Part shown: positions 25,624 through 38,802 of the stretch, piece after piece
How the letters are laid out: every line of letters starts with the position of its first letter
Position numbering within the stretch: the first letter of the stretch is position 1
Source: Camelus ferus
Taxonomy: Eukaryota
Assembly: GCF_009834535.1 (NCBI RefSeq)
Contig: NC_045697.1
Coordinates: 57,972,001-58,036,000, forward strand
Length of the DNA stretch: 64,000 nt
Direction of reading: 5' to 3'
Translations under genes and position numbers: made by a program
Notes under the pieces: generated by a model
What the model saw: the letters and a program-made list of their open reading frames with translations, nothing else
Database searches by the model: none
What the model was told of the DNA's origin: nothing

Positions 25624-25830
25624 AATTTAACAAAGTTATACAAAGCACTGCCATATGTGCAGGAAATACAGAGTGAGCATAAGAGATAAAAATCTCTTCC
25701 CTCATGGAAATTACATTCAAGCAGTGAAACAAACAAGAACAACATAAAAACAGATCAGATTAAACCCTGGGAAAAGATTTACAATCGAATGAGATGATAA
25801 ACTTAGTGGGTGGCAATTTTGATTGGTTAG
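25624..25830 (-). mobile_element. LINE-2 3' end fragment
   Basis: atttaacaaa ... ctcttccctcatggaaattacattc. Confidence 0.6.
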
Positions 25831-26346
25831 ACTGCAATCACATGTTTCACATGTTTACTCAAAAAGAGAGGATTATACAAATATTTGACTCATTGGGAGT
25901 TATCTTAATATGTGCCTATATCAGTTCTCAGACACTGAACCCAATAAGTTGCAGATATTCTAAAACATACAAAGATGCTGAAAAATGCTGACATATTTTC
26001 AATAAAGTTCTAACTTTTATGCAATTTTCACAAATAGCATACAATATGAATATTAATAACATTTAATGAAACTGAGTCAATGCACATTTTAATGAAAGAC
26101 AACATTCACAATAATAATAATATCTTGTTTTAGAGTAAACTATCTCACATTTAAAAATGATCAACAGTTATGATGTTAGAGAGAAAATTAATTCTTTTTA
26201 GTTTATCTAAATGGAAATCACAGTATAAAAGCAAGAAAGAACCTGAAAGATCATTAGTGTCTCATTATCATTTGTTTCGTTACAAGACTAGAGGAAACAC
26301 TGCAGTTATTATCTTTTTTACCAACTCTCTTTCCAAGGACACACTC

Positions 26347-26740
26347 TTTTTTTAAATCGATATATAACTGATCTACAACGTTATGTTAATTTCTGGTGTA
26401 CAGCATAGTGATTCAGCTATACATATATAATATTCCTTTTTATATTTTTATTATAGGCCATTATAAGATATTGAATATAGTTCCCTGAGCTATTCAGTAG
26501 GACCCTGTTGTTTATCTGCTTTATATATAGTAGTTAGTATCTACAAATCCTTAACTCCCAATGTATCCCTTCACGACCCCTCTTGTCCCCTGGTAACCAT
26601 AAGTTTGTTTTCTATGTCTGTGAGTCTGTCTGTTTTGTAAATAAGTTCATTTGTGCCATTTTTTTAGACTCCACATATAAGTGATATCATATGGTATTTT
26701 TCTTTCTCTTTCTGGCTTGCTTCACTTAGTATGACAATCT
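26347..26740 (-). mobile_element. L1 3' end (about 390 bp, heavily 5'-truncated)
   Basis: Poly-T, then tggtgtacagcatagtgattcag ... ttgaatatagttccctg ... ccacatataagtgatatcatatggtatt. Confidence 0.92.
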
Positions 26741-26934
26741 AGTTTCTCTTAAAAATAAGAAATGCAAAATCTTCACAGATAACTCTTCTCATCAAATGGT
26801 CCTGCCCAATTTTATCAGCAATATTTTTCAACATTCTTTCATACTCATAACAGATTAGCTACATTTTCCTTATCGTATCATCACTATCTGTATCTCTGAG
26901 AATGCTCCCTTCTCCACTCCTCTTCAGATGTTTA

Positions 26935-27180
26935 AAGCCCCAATAGAGTTAGTGCCTCTTACAAAAAGGAAAAGACACCAGAGCTCCCTCTCTGCCATGT
27001 AAGGATACAGTGAGAAAGCAGACTTCTGCAAGCCAGGATAGACTTCTCATCAGGAACCAAATTGGCTGGCACCTTGATCTTCGATTCCCTACCCTCCAGA
27101 AATGTGAGAAAATAAACTTCTGTTGTTTAAGCAACCCAGCCTGTGATATTTTGTTACGGCAGCTGGAGATGCTTGAGACA
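26935..27180 (+). mobile_element. MaLR LTR (MLT1A-like), 3' part
   Basis: ctgccatgtaaggatacagtgagaa ... ggcaccttgatctt ... ctccagaaatgtgagaaaataaa ... gagaca. Confidence 0.85.
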
Positions 27181-27994
27181 ATTACACTTTATATAATACG
27201 ATGAATTTTATACTTTACATTATATTCTTCAAGAATTAACTGCTCTCCTGAATAACCCTGCCAGTAGAATGCATATAATTAGCCTAGCAAAGCAAAATTA
27301 ATATTAATAAATTGTGGAAAATAAAACTGCATTTGGCATTTGGGACTTAGCTAAATGATATGCAGATATAAATGCATAGAGTCTATTAAAAATCCCACTG
27401 ACTGCCAAGGATCCCAGAGAGAGTAGAGGTATCTCCAGCTTTATACATTCATTACAGAATTTGTTTTACTTTGGGTATTTTATCCAGAGTTCATGTTTGA
27501 GACCCAAATTAAATCATTTAATAAAGCTTTGAACCATGGAAAACATAGTTACAGCATCTCTAAAGAACCCAGAGTAAAAACAGCATGTATAAAGATATCT
27601 CTTTCATGAATCTACTCTGAGATTAAATCCTTCAATACTTTATTGACATAAGAGTTTGGACTCAAAATTTTAAAATAAACTAACAAAAAGACACTCAAGT
27701 AGTCAGTACGGATTTTTCCAGAAAAATAAATCTCCACTTTTTAGTCTATTCCTCTTCCCTGGTATGGAACAATATATTTAACCTACTATTATCTCAATTT
27801 CTTTCAGTTTATCTCCATATTCTCTGAAATAAGCAGGCTAATATGTTAGAAAGTATTAGGTCTTCCAGCTGATTTATTTAAGGAAACATCCTTTTTCATA
27901 ACTTCTCATTTATGACTTGGACTTGAAAGAAACTCATGCATATGTATAATGCAAAATAACCTTATATTAATTCAAGGTAATCTGGAAGAATTAT

Positions 27995-28680
27995 ATATGA
28001 CAAATTTTCTCATCTCATCCTCATACACAACCTAAAAGGTTTGTATCAGCCCTGTTTTATAAAACAATAAGTGAAGCAAAGTAACTTGTTCAAACTCATA
28101 TTGTCATTAAGTGGTAGACATAAGATTTGAATTGCATTTCCTCTAGATGTCCTGATAATGTTTTACAAAATGAAGGAGTCAATAACAATGACGATCGTAA
28201 TTTTTAAAAAGTAATAATGAAATAAAGTAACTTCCCCAAACTCTTACAATAGATAGTCTTTCACCTAAACACTTAAAAACAATTCTAAGACCTCTACAAA
28301 ATACATTAAGTTCTATGTGCATAATTGGAGTATAAAGTCAAAGAAGGAAGAGAAAGCACACACTACTAAAGCCATGGAAGAATTCACAAGCAAAACAATT
28401 TAGCCAACATTGTTTATTTTACCTCTTGAACATAATAATAACACATTATATGTAGTTATTTACAGTACAAATGTTTTTCCTTGCATTTTACAATGCCAGG
28501 ATGCATTATGCATGAATATTTTAAGTATTATTTTAACCTCCATTTTGAAATGAAAAAAAAAAAAAACAAAACTGAATTTAAGGACATTGAGTGACTTATA
28601 TAACGTGACTCAGCCAAAGATGTCAGTGGTAGATCAAGAATCTAACTGTTCTACTCCTGTCCCAGAAATCTTTTCTTTCA
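27995..28680 (-). mobile_element. Two degenerate MIR SINEs (about 27995-28155 and 28433-28680)
   Basis: Antisense MIR cores: aagtaacttgttcaaactcat..agtggtaga..gatttgaa and cattttgaaatga..aactga..gtgactt. Confidence 0.55.
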
Positions 28681-30271
28681 ATCTTCAATGCTAGAACAAA
28701 AGTCACTTCCTCTCCCATAAAATCGTGCCTTTAAGCTATAAGTAATCCATACATCTTACAATAAGAAATGCTAAAATTCATTAATCAAAGCACTTGTTTA
28801 TTGGATTTGTTATCAAGGTAAAAAAAAGACATACTTTGAATAAATATTTAATTTCCTCCTAAGGGCACCAAGCTAATAATATCATTCATCTTCTATCCCT
28901 TGTACTTACAGGCAAGGAAAGGTTGCTGAGGAATAAAGTGCTTGTAGGACTCAATATTAGACTATTTAGATTTACAAATTCTTGGTGGTAGTAATGTTAG
29001 TAAATATAGCCCGTCTGTCATTTTTTATTTTAAACTCAGAATGGAAATAACATAATCTCTCACTTACACAGTATATGCTGAGTTATGAAACCAATAAAAT
29101 TTAGATCAAACGTTGAGTAAAAGGCCTGATGTAGGCAGAACAAAGGGTATAGATTGATACAAACTATTAAAACTTTGATTTGGGACAGAATGCAAAGGAA
29201 AAAGCTGCTAAAAGTGTTTAACACTTTCAGAGAGCAATCTCATTTTTAGTTGCAACATGAACTATAGGACTTGCATAAAGATGCAGCATTACTATACCTG
29301 CAATAGGTTTTAAACATTTTTAAAAGAGACATTAAAGTCTTACATGATTCAGATGGCTCCAAATACTTTAAAATATTGCCAGTTTGTTTTATGAGTAAAA
29401 TTTTTAAATGTAGAAATGGCATCGCATGTCATACAATCTAATGATGACTTTTATTACCTATAAGCTGAAATGTTTTTACTAATTAGGTAGATAATAGAAA
29501 TAATTAGTAATTAAGGTACCAATAGAGTTGTGTCCTTTCAGTTCTGTCTTTCAATAAATTCACATTTTGATTAATAACCTTTTCTTTCTTTTTTTGCTAT
29601 TTTTATTACCCAGAAGACTGTCTCTTATCATTATGTATTTCCAAAGAAGAGCAGACTAAAAGGAATGCATTAATGTCCTTCTGTTATAGGTTAATATTTG
29701 TAGGCTCAAATAACTTAGTTATTGATGACAGTTCAACACATTAGATTAATTATTAGAGAGATGAGGCAGGATTTAATTTGATCTTAGCCATTTTAACTCA
29801 TTGCTTATTGAGTTAAGAAATACATTTAATCAGTAATAATACTTGTTGCTGGCAAGACAACAAATCACACAGTTTCAATGAAAGGTATTTTAAGTTTTTC
29901 ATGAAATTCTGATTAAGTTGACATATTCTTCTTTGTATACACACACACACCACACACACAGACACACATATATATAATCTTTTTTTCTGTAATTATAATC
30001 ACTGTACCTTCCATGGTTGCTAAGGGAAAGTCAACCATTAAAATATAAAAGATAGTAAAAATCCAGATACCTCATCTTATTATTCTGTTTCTAGAGAGTT
30101 AACATTGTCAGCTTAAATTGATTTTACATATTTGCAGGTAAAATTAAGTGCATTTGAAGAGAGTAGCTCACTATTAGTCAATTACAAGTTCTACTAACAT
30201 TTCCTTCCCTGGAACTTAGATTCAGGTTCTCCATATGTAAAATGGTGATGTTAAAATCATTCTGAATTTTA

Positions 30272-31795
30272 AAAATCTCAAATAAACAACCTAACTTTAC
30301 ACTTCAAGTAACCAGAAAAAGAAGAACAAATGAAGCCCAAAGTTAGTAGAAAAAGGAAATAAAGATCAGAGCAGAATTAAATTAAATAGAGACTGAAAAG
30401 ACAATAAAAAGACCAATGAAACCAAGAGCTAGTTCATTGAAAAGATAAACAGAATTAACAAACCTTTAGCTAGACTCACCATGGAAAAAAAAAGAGACAT
30501 AACTCAAATAAATAAAATCAGAAATAAAAGAGGAGACATTGCAACTGATAGTACACCTACAAAGTATTATTAGAAGCTACTATGAACAATTATATGCCAA
30601 CAAACTAGACAACCTAGAAAAAAAATGGATAAATTCCTAGAAACATACAATCTCCCAAGACTGAATCAAGAAGAAATAGAAAATCTGAAAAGACCAATTA
30701 CCAGTAAGGAGATTAAACTAGTAATCAAAAATCCCCAAAACAAAGATAAGTCAGGAGCAGATGACTTCACTGATTAATTCTACCAAACATTCAAAGAAGA
30801 ATTAATCATAGTCCTTCTCAAACTCTTTCAAGAACTAGAAGAGGATGGAACAATTCCAACTACTTGAGATATCACCTCAGATCTGCTAGAACAGCTATTA
30901 TTAAAAAGACAAGAACTAACAAGTATCAACAAAAATATGGAGAAAAGGAACCCTCATGCACTGCAGGTGGGAACATAAATTGCTGCAACCATTATGGAAA
31001 GCAATGTGGAGGTTCCTCAAAAAATTAAAAATAGAACTACCATATGATCCAGCAATTCCACTTCTGGGTTTTTATCCAAAGGAAACAAAAAGACTAACTC
31101 AAAAAGATATACGCACTCCTATGTTTTTTGTGGCATTATTTACAATAGGCAAGATATGGAAACAACCTAAGTGTCCATTGCTAGATGAATAGAGAAAAAA
31201 ATAAAGAAAGGGTAGATAAAATAACATACACACACACACACACACACACACACCAGGCCAGGGGAGACTGAAATATACATATATGATGAGATATGACTCA
31301 GCCACAAAAAAGAATGAAATCTTGCCATTTGCAACCACATGGATGGAACTTCAGGGCATTACCTAAGTGAAATATGTCAGAAAAAGACAAATATCATATG
31401 ATCTTACTTATGTAAGAAATTTAAAAAGAAAAAGAAGCCAAATTTATAGATACAGGGAACAGATTGGTGGTTGCCAGAGGCAGGGGGTAGGCAAAACTGA
31501 TGAAGGGAGTCAAAAACTACGAACTTCAAATTATAAAATAAGTCATGGGGATGTAATGTACAGCATGGTAACTATAGTTAGTAATATTTTATTGTACATT
31601 TTAAAGATGCAAAGGGAGTGAATCTTAAAAGTTCTCACAGTAGGAAGAAAATTATGTTACTAGGTATGTTGATGGATGTTAACTAGAGTTATCATAGTGA
31701 TCGTTGGTAAAATATACAAATATTGAATCATTAAGCTGTACATCTGAAACTAATATATTATATATCAATTATATCTCAATAAATAAAAATAAAGA
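30272..31795 (+). mobile_element. L1 (L1MA9-like 3' end) with a large internal ORF2 deletion
   Basis: Early ORF2 (aaatctcaaataaacaacctaac ... ccaagactgaatcaagaagaaatagaaaatctg) joined at about 30860 to late ORF2 ([15 protein letters not shown]). 3' UTR aagtcatggggatgtaatgtacagcatgg and an A-rich tail. (CA)n at about 31228-31253. Confidence 0.93.
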
Positions 31796-33419
31796 AAACA
31801 ATCAGAGCTATGCCAAATCAATGAAATTTATTAGAAAATGAATATTTAACATTTAAAATTTTCCAGTTTTTTTTTCTTTTTTAATCTTGTTTACCTATTT
31901 TCTAGTATTTTCTATTCTCATTCTTTATGAGTCAGAATTATTTTAACCAGAGATCTATTAATTTCTGTATGAATTTTACAATGGAGACTCGATAAATCAG
32001 TTTGTGTTCAGATCAAAATTTTAACAATTTTTATTTCTGCTTCTAATATAATATTTTTAGATCATTATTTTTTAAAGTCAGGTCTTCCAAAGCTAGACTG
32101 AGCACATCAAAATGTTACGAATATTTTTTTCTTTAATTTATAGTAGTCAACAACCATTTTTACTCTTTTAAGAATGAACTGTTTTATTTTGTATTTAATT
32201 ATACCAAATGTATTTTATCAAGTAATAACAAATATATTTTGTAGTTTTTAATGTCACTATTAGATGGGATTCTTCTGACAGTTTTTATTATCCTAAGAAG
32301 TTTATAATTCAAAGTTGTGCCAGGGTTATTTTGAATAGTTTATATTCTTTACAAAATGGTTAATAGTTTTTGTGTATTTTTGATGAAGATCAAAGAGAAT
32401 TTCCAGGACAAAGACTTGGAATCAACTCACAGTCAAAAGAAATAAATGCTAAGACATTGCTTTCTGTAGAATAAGACCAGAAGTAAATGAAGATTTGGTT
32501 ACCTTTGTATTCTAATTTAACACAACCTATTAGTCCAAATTACAAATGTATAATCTGTCATTTTACCCTCATTACTCTTATTCTTTGCAGACTCGAAAGA
32601 CTTCGTTTTTTTTTAAAGCATCCTATTAGTATGCATCTAATCCGCGGAGAATTCTAGGCTGACCCTTAGCAAAAGTATTAAAATAAGCACTAATTTTCAG
32701 ACTACTTGACTTTTCCTTTCCATGCAACTATTTCACACCTTAAATTTCCTCCAGAGTTACAAATACTCCTGTATTATTTCTTTCCTCTTTTTCATCAATG
32801 ATTTTTGATAAAATTAAGTCAACTTGGAAATAAAGACATTAATTTTAATATGAATAACATTCTAGGCTCCAAGAAGTTGACATCATTACCATTCTCATAA
32901 GAAAAGGAGATGCCCAAGGAGACAAATGTGATAATCAGCAAAACAAGCAGCTGAACTCAGGTCTCTGACTCATTTAACTTTAACTGAAGAACTGAATGCT
33001 TTTGTTCTTTTAAAAGAATTCCTGACATCAAATACACTGAGGAAAAACTAACAAATCCACCTCTCTCTCTCTCTATCTCAGTATCCATAAACTTCTACTA
33101 CTAACTAAATCTGTGTGTATGAACACACACATGCCCATACATGTGTGCATAGACACACAATCCTGGAAAGGAAGTATTCTAGTTCTTTATAAAGGGCACT
33201 AAATGCCAAATAACAGTAACTACTCCATCTCCTTTTAATCTTAAATGATATTTGGTGAAGTCAGTGGCTGATTCATTCATAAATAACAGCTGAAAGCATG
33301 AAACACTAAGAAAAAGTAATGACTGACTGGCTGAGAGCTGAACAAAGCTTTTACTAGTTTCAGATCAGAAAGGAAAATAATTAAAGCTCAGAGCTAAACA
33401 GGGTGAAGGGTGCAATCTT

Positions 33420-33830
33420 TAAGCTGTGACCAACATCATGGGAATACTAGCACTTAGATGTTGATGCTTAAATACCATCCTCCACTAAAGGGTCTAGAAT
33501 TCCTTAGAGAATTGACAAATTCTAGGACTGGGGCAGGGAAAAGCAAGATGACCTTGGAACATCTTCTTGTGCCCAGATTTAGGAAGGGCCTATAGAATGA
33601 TTTAAAAAAGTTCAAAATGGCCCTGCAACTAGCTGAAAGATGATCCCACTGATTAAATCCCACTGATCAAATTTATCTTTAAAGTAGTTTTGAAATATAT
33701 CAGTTTATAGTACGTTGCTAAAAAAATGGAAAATGAGTCTAGATTGAAAATAATTTAAATTAATATATATTTATATTAATATAAATTGATAACATGAAAG
33801 TTTAAAAATAATCATGATATTTTTAAAAAT
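33420..33830 (+). mobile_element. Old L1 3' UTR fragment (L1MC3/4-like)
   Basis: taaataccatcctccactaaagg ... ttctaggactggggcagggaaa ... ggaacatctt. Confidence 0.7.
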
Positions 33831-34169
33831 TCAGGTACTTCACTACAGGGTTAAAAAGTAACTTGACACTTAACCTCTGCCTTGCAGACACCTCTTTCAT
33901 CAAGTAACGAAAGCACGTGTGCCAAACAGTCTACTGAGTGACCTTCTTGGTCTCTTCCTGGCTGATTGTGAGGTGGAAGCCAATTAGATAGTAAGATGTA
34001 TCCTATCGCTTTGACCTTTTTCTTGCCTTGCTTCGCTCCCCCCACTTTTTTTTTTTAAATCACCTTCACTGCTTGGTCTTATATTTGCTTAAGAAAGCCT
34101 TAGAATCTTAATTCTTGCTTTAGTCACTGCTATTTTAGGACATTATTGAAGACATTTGGTTTTACATTG

Positions 34170-35225
34170 AAATTCAAATGATATAATACTTATATCAATA
34201 AAATCAGACTGAATAATCCATATAATCATCACAATAGATGCAGAAGCAGCAGTCAATAAAATTCAAAATTTAATAAAACTATTAACCTAGTAATAGAAAA
34301 AAGCTTCATTAGCTTAATAATTAGTATCTACAAATGGATATCTGCAAATAATAACATAATTAATGATAAATCAATATCAATAGCTTAGTTAATGATGAAA
34401 GAATAATTATACATAAATTTATCTGAGCTGAAAATATAATAAGATGTCCCTCTGCATTTATAATCACTATTATATTTGATGCTTTATTAAATGCAAGAAA
34501 AATAACTACAAGAATTTGAAAGGATTGGAACTGTCATTTGCAGATGACATGATTAGTTACAAAAAAATCTTTAATCTAAAATAGAAGTCAACAGAATTAA
34601 AATGCAGTATTAGTAAGATGACTTCATAAAATTTCCATATACAAAAATCAACTGCATTTGAAGGAACAATAAGAAAACACATTAAGATATTATAACATTT
34701 GCAATTTACTCAAAAAAAGAGATTCCTGTGAATAAATCTAGTTGTAAGAATTTTAAAAACAAGAAAACACAGTACAGAAATAGATACTATTGAAAGAAAT
34801 TAGAGCAGTTTTTTAAACATTTAAGAATATATCATGTTCATGAATAAAACGATTCAGTATTATAAAGAACTGATCTATAGATCTGATTCAATGCCAACAT
34901 AATATAGTAGTGCATTATGTGTATACGTGTATGTTGGAATTTACTTATTTTCAAATTTATATGGAAGTGAAATGAGCCAAAAATAGCCAAGATAATGCTG
35001 ATGAAACAAAACACAGATAGAAAACTTAACTTAGTGGATATCAAGATTTATTTAAAGCTCCAGTAATTAGGAATGTGTGCTATTGGTGCCAAGGAGAATC
35101 CAAATAAATTAGTAAACACAACACTTAATTTATGTCAAATGTGGCATTTCAGAGCAGTAGGAGAAATCTTCACAATAAGTGTATTGGGTCAATGAAATAC
35201 AGATCCATTGATTCCTATCTCACTC

Positions 35226-35257
<32 letters not shown>

Positions 35258-36445
35258 TATATGCAAATTATATATATAAATGTGAGAGGTAGAGCATTAT
35301 ATTCTCTCTAGAAAATATCCATAACAAAAGAAAATAATAATAAATACATGCACATAACTAATTTACATTAGAGGAGAGGGGATATTATGGTATAATTGAT
35401 ACAGAGCAAAATTCATCTTTTTAGATGTACAGTTTGATGAGTTTTGACAAATTTGAAGCTTACTTTTTAAACATCACAAATTTGTAAGAAAAGTAGTATG
35501 ATGATCTAGACCACATTAAAATTTATAAAATCCAGCTTATCAAAAGATATTAAAAGTCAGGTGAAAAAGTCAAGCCATAGACCAGAAGAAATATTTGCAA
35601 TTCATATTATAACAAATTTTTTGAATACTGAAAATATAGAAAACCCATAAGCCATAAAGAAAAAAGGAAAATCTATTGAAAAAAATGTGGAAAAGATATG
35701 AATAGACATTTCAAATTAAAAGATACTCAAGTGAAAAATAAATGAAAGTATGTTACAACTCATGAGGGAAATGTTCATTAATACCGCACTTTTGATCACG
35801 TTCTGTGCTCATCAGTGCAAAAGTCGACAGACAAATCAGTGTTAGCAAGGATGTAAGGTAACCAGAACTCTCATTAGTTGATGATGCAAGAATAAGATGG
35901 TAATAATGCTTGGGGAAGCTGGTGATATCTACTAAAAGTATACATGCCTTAAGACCCAGCAACTCTACTGCTAGTATATCCCAAAAGATGCATAAGAATG
36001 TACATAACACTATTATTTATAAGAACCCAAAACCTTAAAACTAATCAAACATCTATTCACAACAAAATAAGCAAGCAAGCAAAAGTTTAGTAAATTCACA
36101 CACAAAGGCCTATAATTATACAACAATATCAATAAACTATTCAAATTCAGTAACTTGTATAAACCTCACAAAGAAGAGATTAAGCTTCAGAGGCCAGTCA
36201 CAAAAGAATTCACATTTTTATTCCATAGAAATAAAATGCAAAAGAGGGAAAATAATCTATAATTTGAAAAGTAAGGTAGTACTCATGTTTGGAGAGACCA
36301 CGGGAGGTACTGTAGAAAATGAGTAAGGTTTTGTTTCATAGAAGTTGAACAGATGGTTCACTTTTGATCTTTCATCAAACTTTACACTTAGGATTTGTTT
36401 GCATTTCTCTATGTATAGTATACTGAGAGAAAATATTTATTAAAA
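34170..36445 (+). mobile_element. Very old L1 ORF2 and 3' UTR (L1ME/L1M5-like)
   Basis: caatagatgcagaa, RT motif tttgcagatgacatgatt at about 34537, ccaaaaatagccaagataat, agaaatatttgcaa. (CA)n at 35227-35253. Short antisense L1 3' piece at about 35380-35460. Confidence 0.8.
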
Positions 36446-36728
36446 TTGGTTGGTATTTTTTAGTCTATCCTGTATTTTTCATTGAAATATCACCATATTA
36501 AATTAACTGCCATGAAGGAAATTTGATATTCACATATTATGTACCAGGTTTATTCCATAGCTTTGACTAGGATATTGACTAGAGATATTTCCCTGGAATA
36601 TCTCTTAAGTAGTCCCAAAATCACACGCACAGCATGAAAGATGGTAAACAAGTTATCTCAGTGAATCAAAACTTGTTAGCTAATAATGTAACAGCAAAGA
36701 GTAGGAAGTTCAGTGGGCACCAATTTGA

Positions 36729-37240
36729 GTGTCAATCCAGCCTTCTTTTCTAGGCATTGCCTGCCCCACCCACAGGTTTGCTTCCTTGTATCACTGTTTC
36801 TTTTCTATGATTCAACTCTCCTGGCTGCAGATGGCTGAATACAAGTGGAAATATCACCCAAACTGGGACGTTTTCATTCTATCTTTTGGAAGCGTGGAAT
36901 TTAAATTGAAAATAGCTAAACATAAGCCGGCCTATTAAGTAAAGGTGATATAAACCTGAAAGCCATTAATTCACCAATTTCTACTTCTTTGAATAAAGAA
37001 GCAGAACATGCCAGTCTGCAGAGAAAGGACAATGAACAAATACAGAGAAAGTAGAAAAACTAAAATTTGAGAAAAGAGGTCAGCAGGCTTTCCAGTATTG
37101 AACCGCACTTTCTTGCTAAGGCTCCATGTCATTTCGCCTTGGATTACACAAGCATGTCCACTATTCCTATCAAAAATATATTTCTTTTGCTCCTATTGTT
37201 TTTAATGACAAACTTCATCTACATCATAATTTTATTTAGG
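36729..37240 (+). mobile_element. ERVL-class LTR (LTR33-like)
   Basis: cacccaaactggg ... ggaatttaaattg ... gaagcagaa..cagtctgcagagaaagg ... ggctttccagt. Confidence 0.55.
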
Positions 37241-38302
37241 ATATTTTGCATTTGTATTATATGTGCACGAGAGTTAGTGGAAAGAGGAGCAATGCAAATC
37301 TCCCACGGTGAAGATATTTATGATGGGATAAGATGTACTTTGATATCAAATAATTTAGATTTTAGGAATTAGAGTATTTTGGTTAACTGATTATTTTTAT
37401 AACTAATTAAAGATACAGATCCAAAAGGGAACTTTTAAATAACAGAAATTACAAGTATATAAATAAAATAAACTAGAGTTCAGGTTATAACTACTTGTTC
37501 TCATGGACCAATAACACCATCCTAACTGTAGATTTACAATTCAGCAGACCATTATATTGTGATAAAAGTTTGTACTAAGTTTTTATACAGAATGTACACC
37601 TCTCACTTGTCTACATAAGACTTTATTTACTGTATATAAAAAGTACCCCATTAAAGTGACATAATTTAGTGGCAATTTTTAGTTAACAAGTAATCTTAAT
37701 GACTGTGGATAATGTTAACTATGAACACAACACAAAGTTTATAGGATAATGTGCATGTCACAGGAGCAAAATTATAGTAGAAAAAATCCATTCTTTATAT
37801 ATTTTTTGCACTTAAGAACTATAAAGGTCCATTTTTTTCAGATAATAAAACAAAACAAAAAACTCTTCTGCATTGAGGGAAAGAATCAGGGATGGTGTGC
37901 ATGCGTGCGTGCGTGTGTGTGTAAACAAACTTGCTTCAGGGGACATAGATTAAACGTTATGTATAGAAATACAAAATGAAAGCATTTTATATTAAACAAA
38001 ATTATCAGTTGAAGTAAACTGTCTTTTTTTTTAATGATGGTTTCTTGTGGAAAGTTTGACCAAAGATTTACATCAAACTGTATTTTAACTGTGATACTGT
38101 AAGTCACTAGGTAAACAATAAAAAACTAAATTTCAATGTTTTGTAGCTCTTGGATAAATTGGGCTAAAAACTTATGGTCATCAATGGCCTAAACAGAAAT
38201 CCCCCTTCCCTTGTCTGCTTTGCCATCTATTGACAGAGCCAATGTTTCTTTCATATGCAATAATTGGATGCACACGGTCTAAGTCAGTATGATCCAAAAA
38301 CT

Positions 38303-38430
38303 GCTGAATTTGTGGTTAGAAGATCTGGGGTTATATGCTTGCTCTCTGACTACCAAGCTGTGTGACAAAAGACAACTCAGTTTTTTTGTCATTTTCGTAA
38401 CTTAAAAACTGAAAGCAACAGTACCTTTCT
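38303..38430 (+). mobile_element. MIR fragment
   Basis: ttagaagatctgggg...ctctctgactaccaagctgtgtgac. Confidence 0.55.
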
Positions 38431-38431
38431 T

Positions 38432-38688
38432 GGGGAGGGATAGATTAGGAGTTTGGTGTTAACAGATACACATTACTATATATAAAATAGATAAACAACA
38501 AGGAACTACTGTAGAGCACAGGGAACTATATTCAATTTCTTGTAATGAGCTGTAACAGGAAAGAAACTAAAAATATATATATGTATGTATGTGTATGGTA
38601 TAACTGAATCACTTTGCTGTATACCTGAAACTAACATTGTAAACTGACTACATTTCAATAAAAGATAAGAATAAAATATCAAAAAAAC
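38432..38688 (+). mobile_element. L1 extreme 3' end
   Basis: ggggagggatagattaggagtttgg ... agcacagggaactatattcaa ... taactgaatcactttgctgtatacctgaaactaac ... caataaaa. Confidence 0.9.
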
Positions 38689-38802
38689 AGTATCATAATA
38701 ATTAACAAAAAAACTAAGTATAAAGTTTCCGACATAAAATATGTTTGTAGACAATCTTTTCTCCTTATTTGCAGAGAGGCACTTGACATAATAATACTAT
38801 TA

